64,000 nucleotides of DNA from Pristiophorus japonicus. Lineage: Eukaryota. The notes under the pieces are model-generated. The model saw nothing but the letters and a program-made list of their open reading frames with translations. It made no database searches and was not told the origin of the DNA. The translations under genes were made by a program, and so were the position numbers. The stretch is from positions 316,076,001 through 316,140,000 of the forward strand of contig NC_091978.1 in NCBI RefSeq assembly GCF_044704955.1. Reading direction: 5' to 3'. Positions 63,986-64,000 of the stretch are shown here, piece by piece; the first letter of the stretch is position 1; the number at the start of each line of letters is the position of its first letter.

Positions 63986-64000
63986 AGGGGCATATTTTAT

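Noticed and set aside
1-64000. CRISPR arrays, rRNA or prokaryotic operons
   Set aside because: No repeat-spacer arrays or such genes; the content is vertebrate repeat DNA.

Overview
Vertebrate genomic DNA, most likely from a cartilaginous fish (inferred from the CR1/L2/RTE families and a DeuSINE-like relic). It is almost entirely nested, decayed transposable elements: five Mag-type Ty3/Gypsy copies or fragments, CR1, L2 and RTE LINEs, PIF/Harbinger transposase and Myb/SANT pseudogenes, and non-autonomous TIR elements. There is a 416-N gap, a ~6.9-kb tandem duplication (48609-62383) and one probable host signal-peptide exon (63213-63276). The standout is a 6.4-kb retrovirus-like provirus (31678-38086, minus strand) inserted into the RT of a Gypsy element that itself sits in a CR1. 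It has paired ~650-bp LTRs, a tRNA-Ser PBS, a PPT, a 5-bp TSD and splice signals, but no recognisable pol. It carries a 91-aa Gag-position ORF, a hidden 50-aa single-pass membrane ORF and a disrupted F-type (paramyxovirus/baculovirus-F-like, lokiretrovirus-like) class I fusion env with an extra Cys-rich N-terminal domain. All family assignments come from reading motifs by eye; no database search was run.
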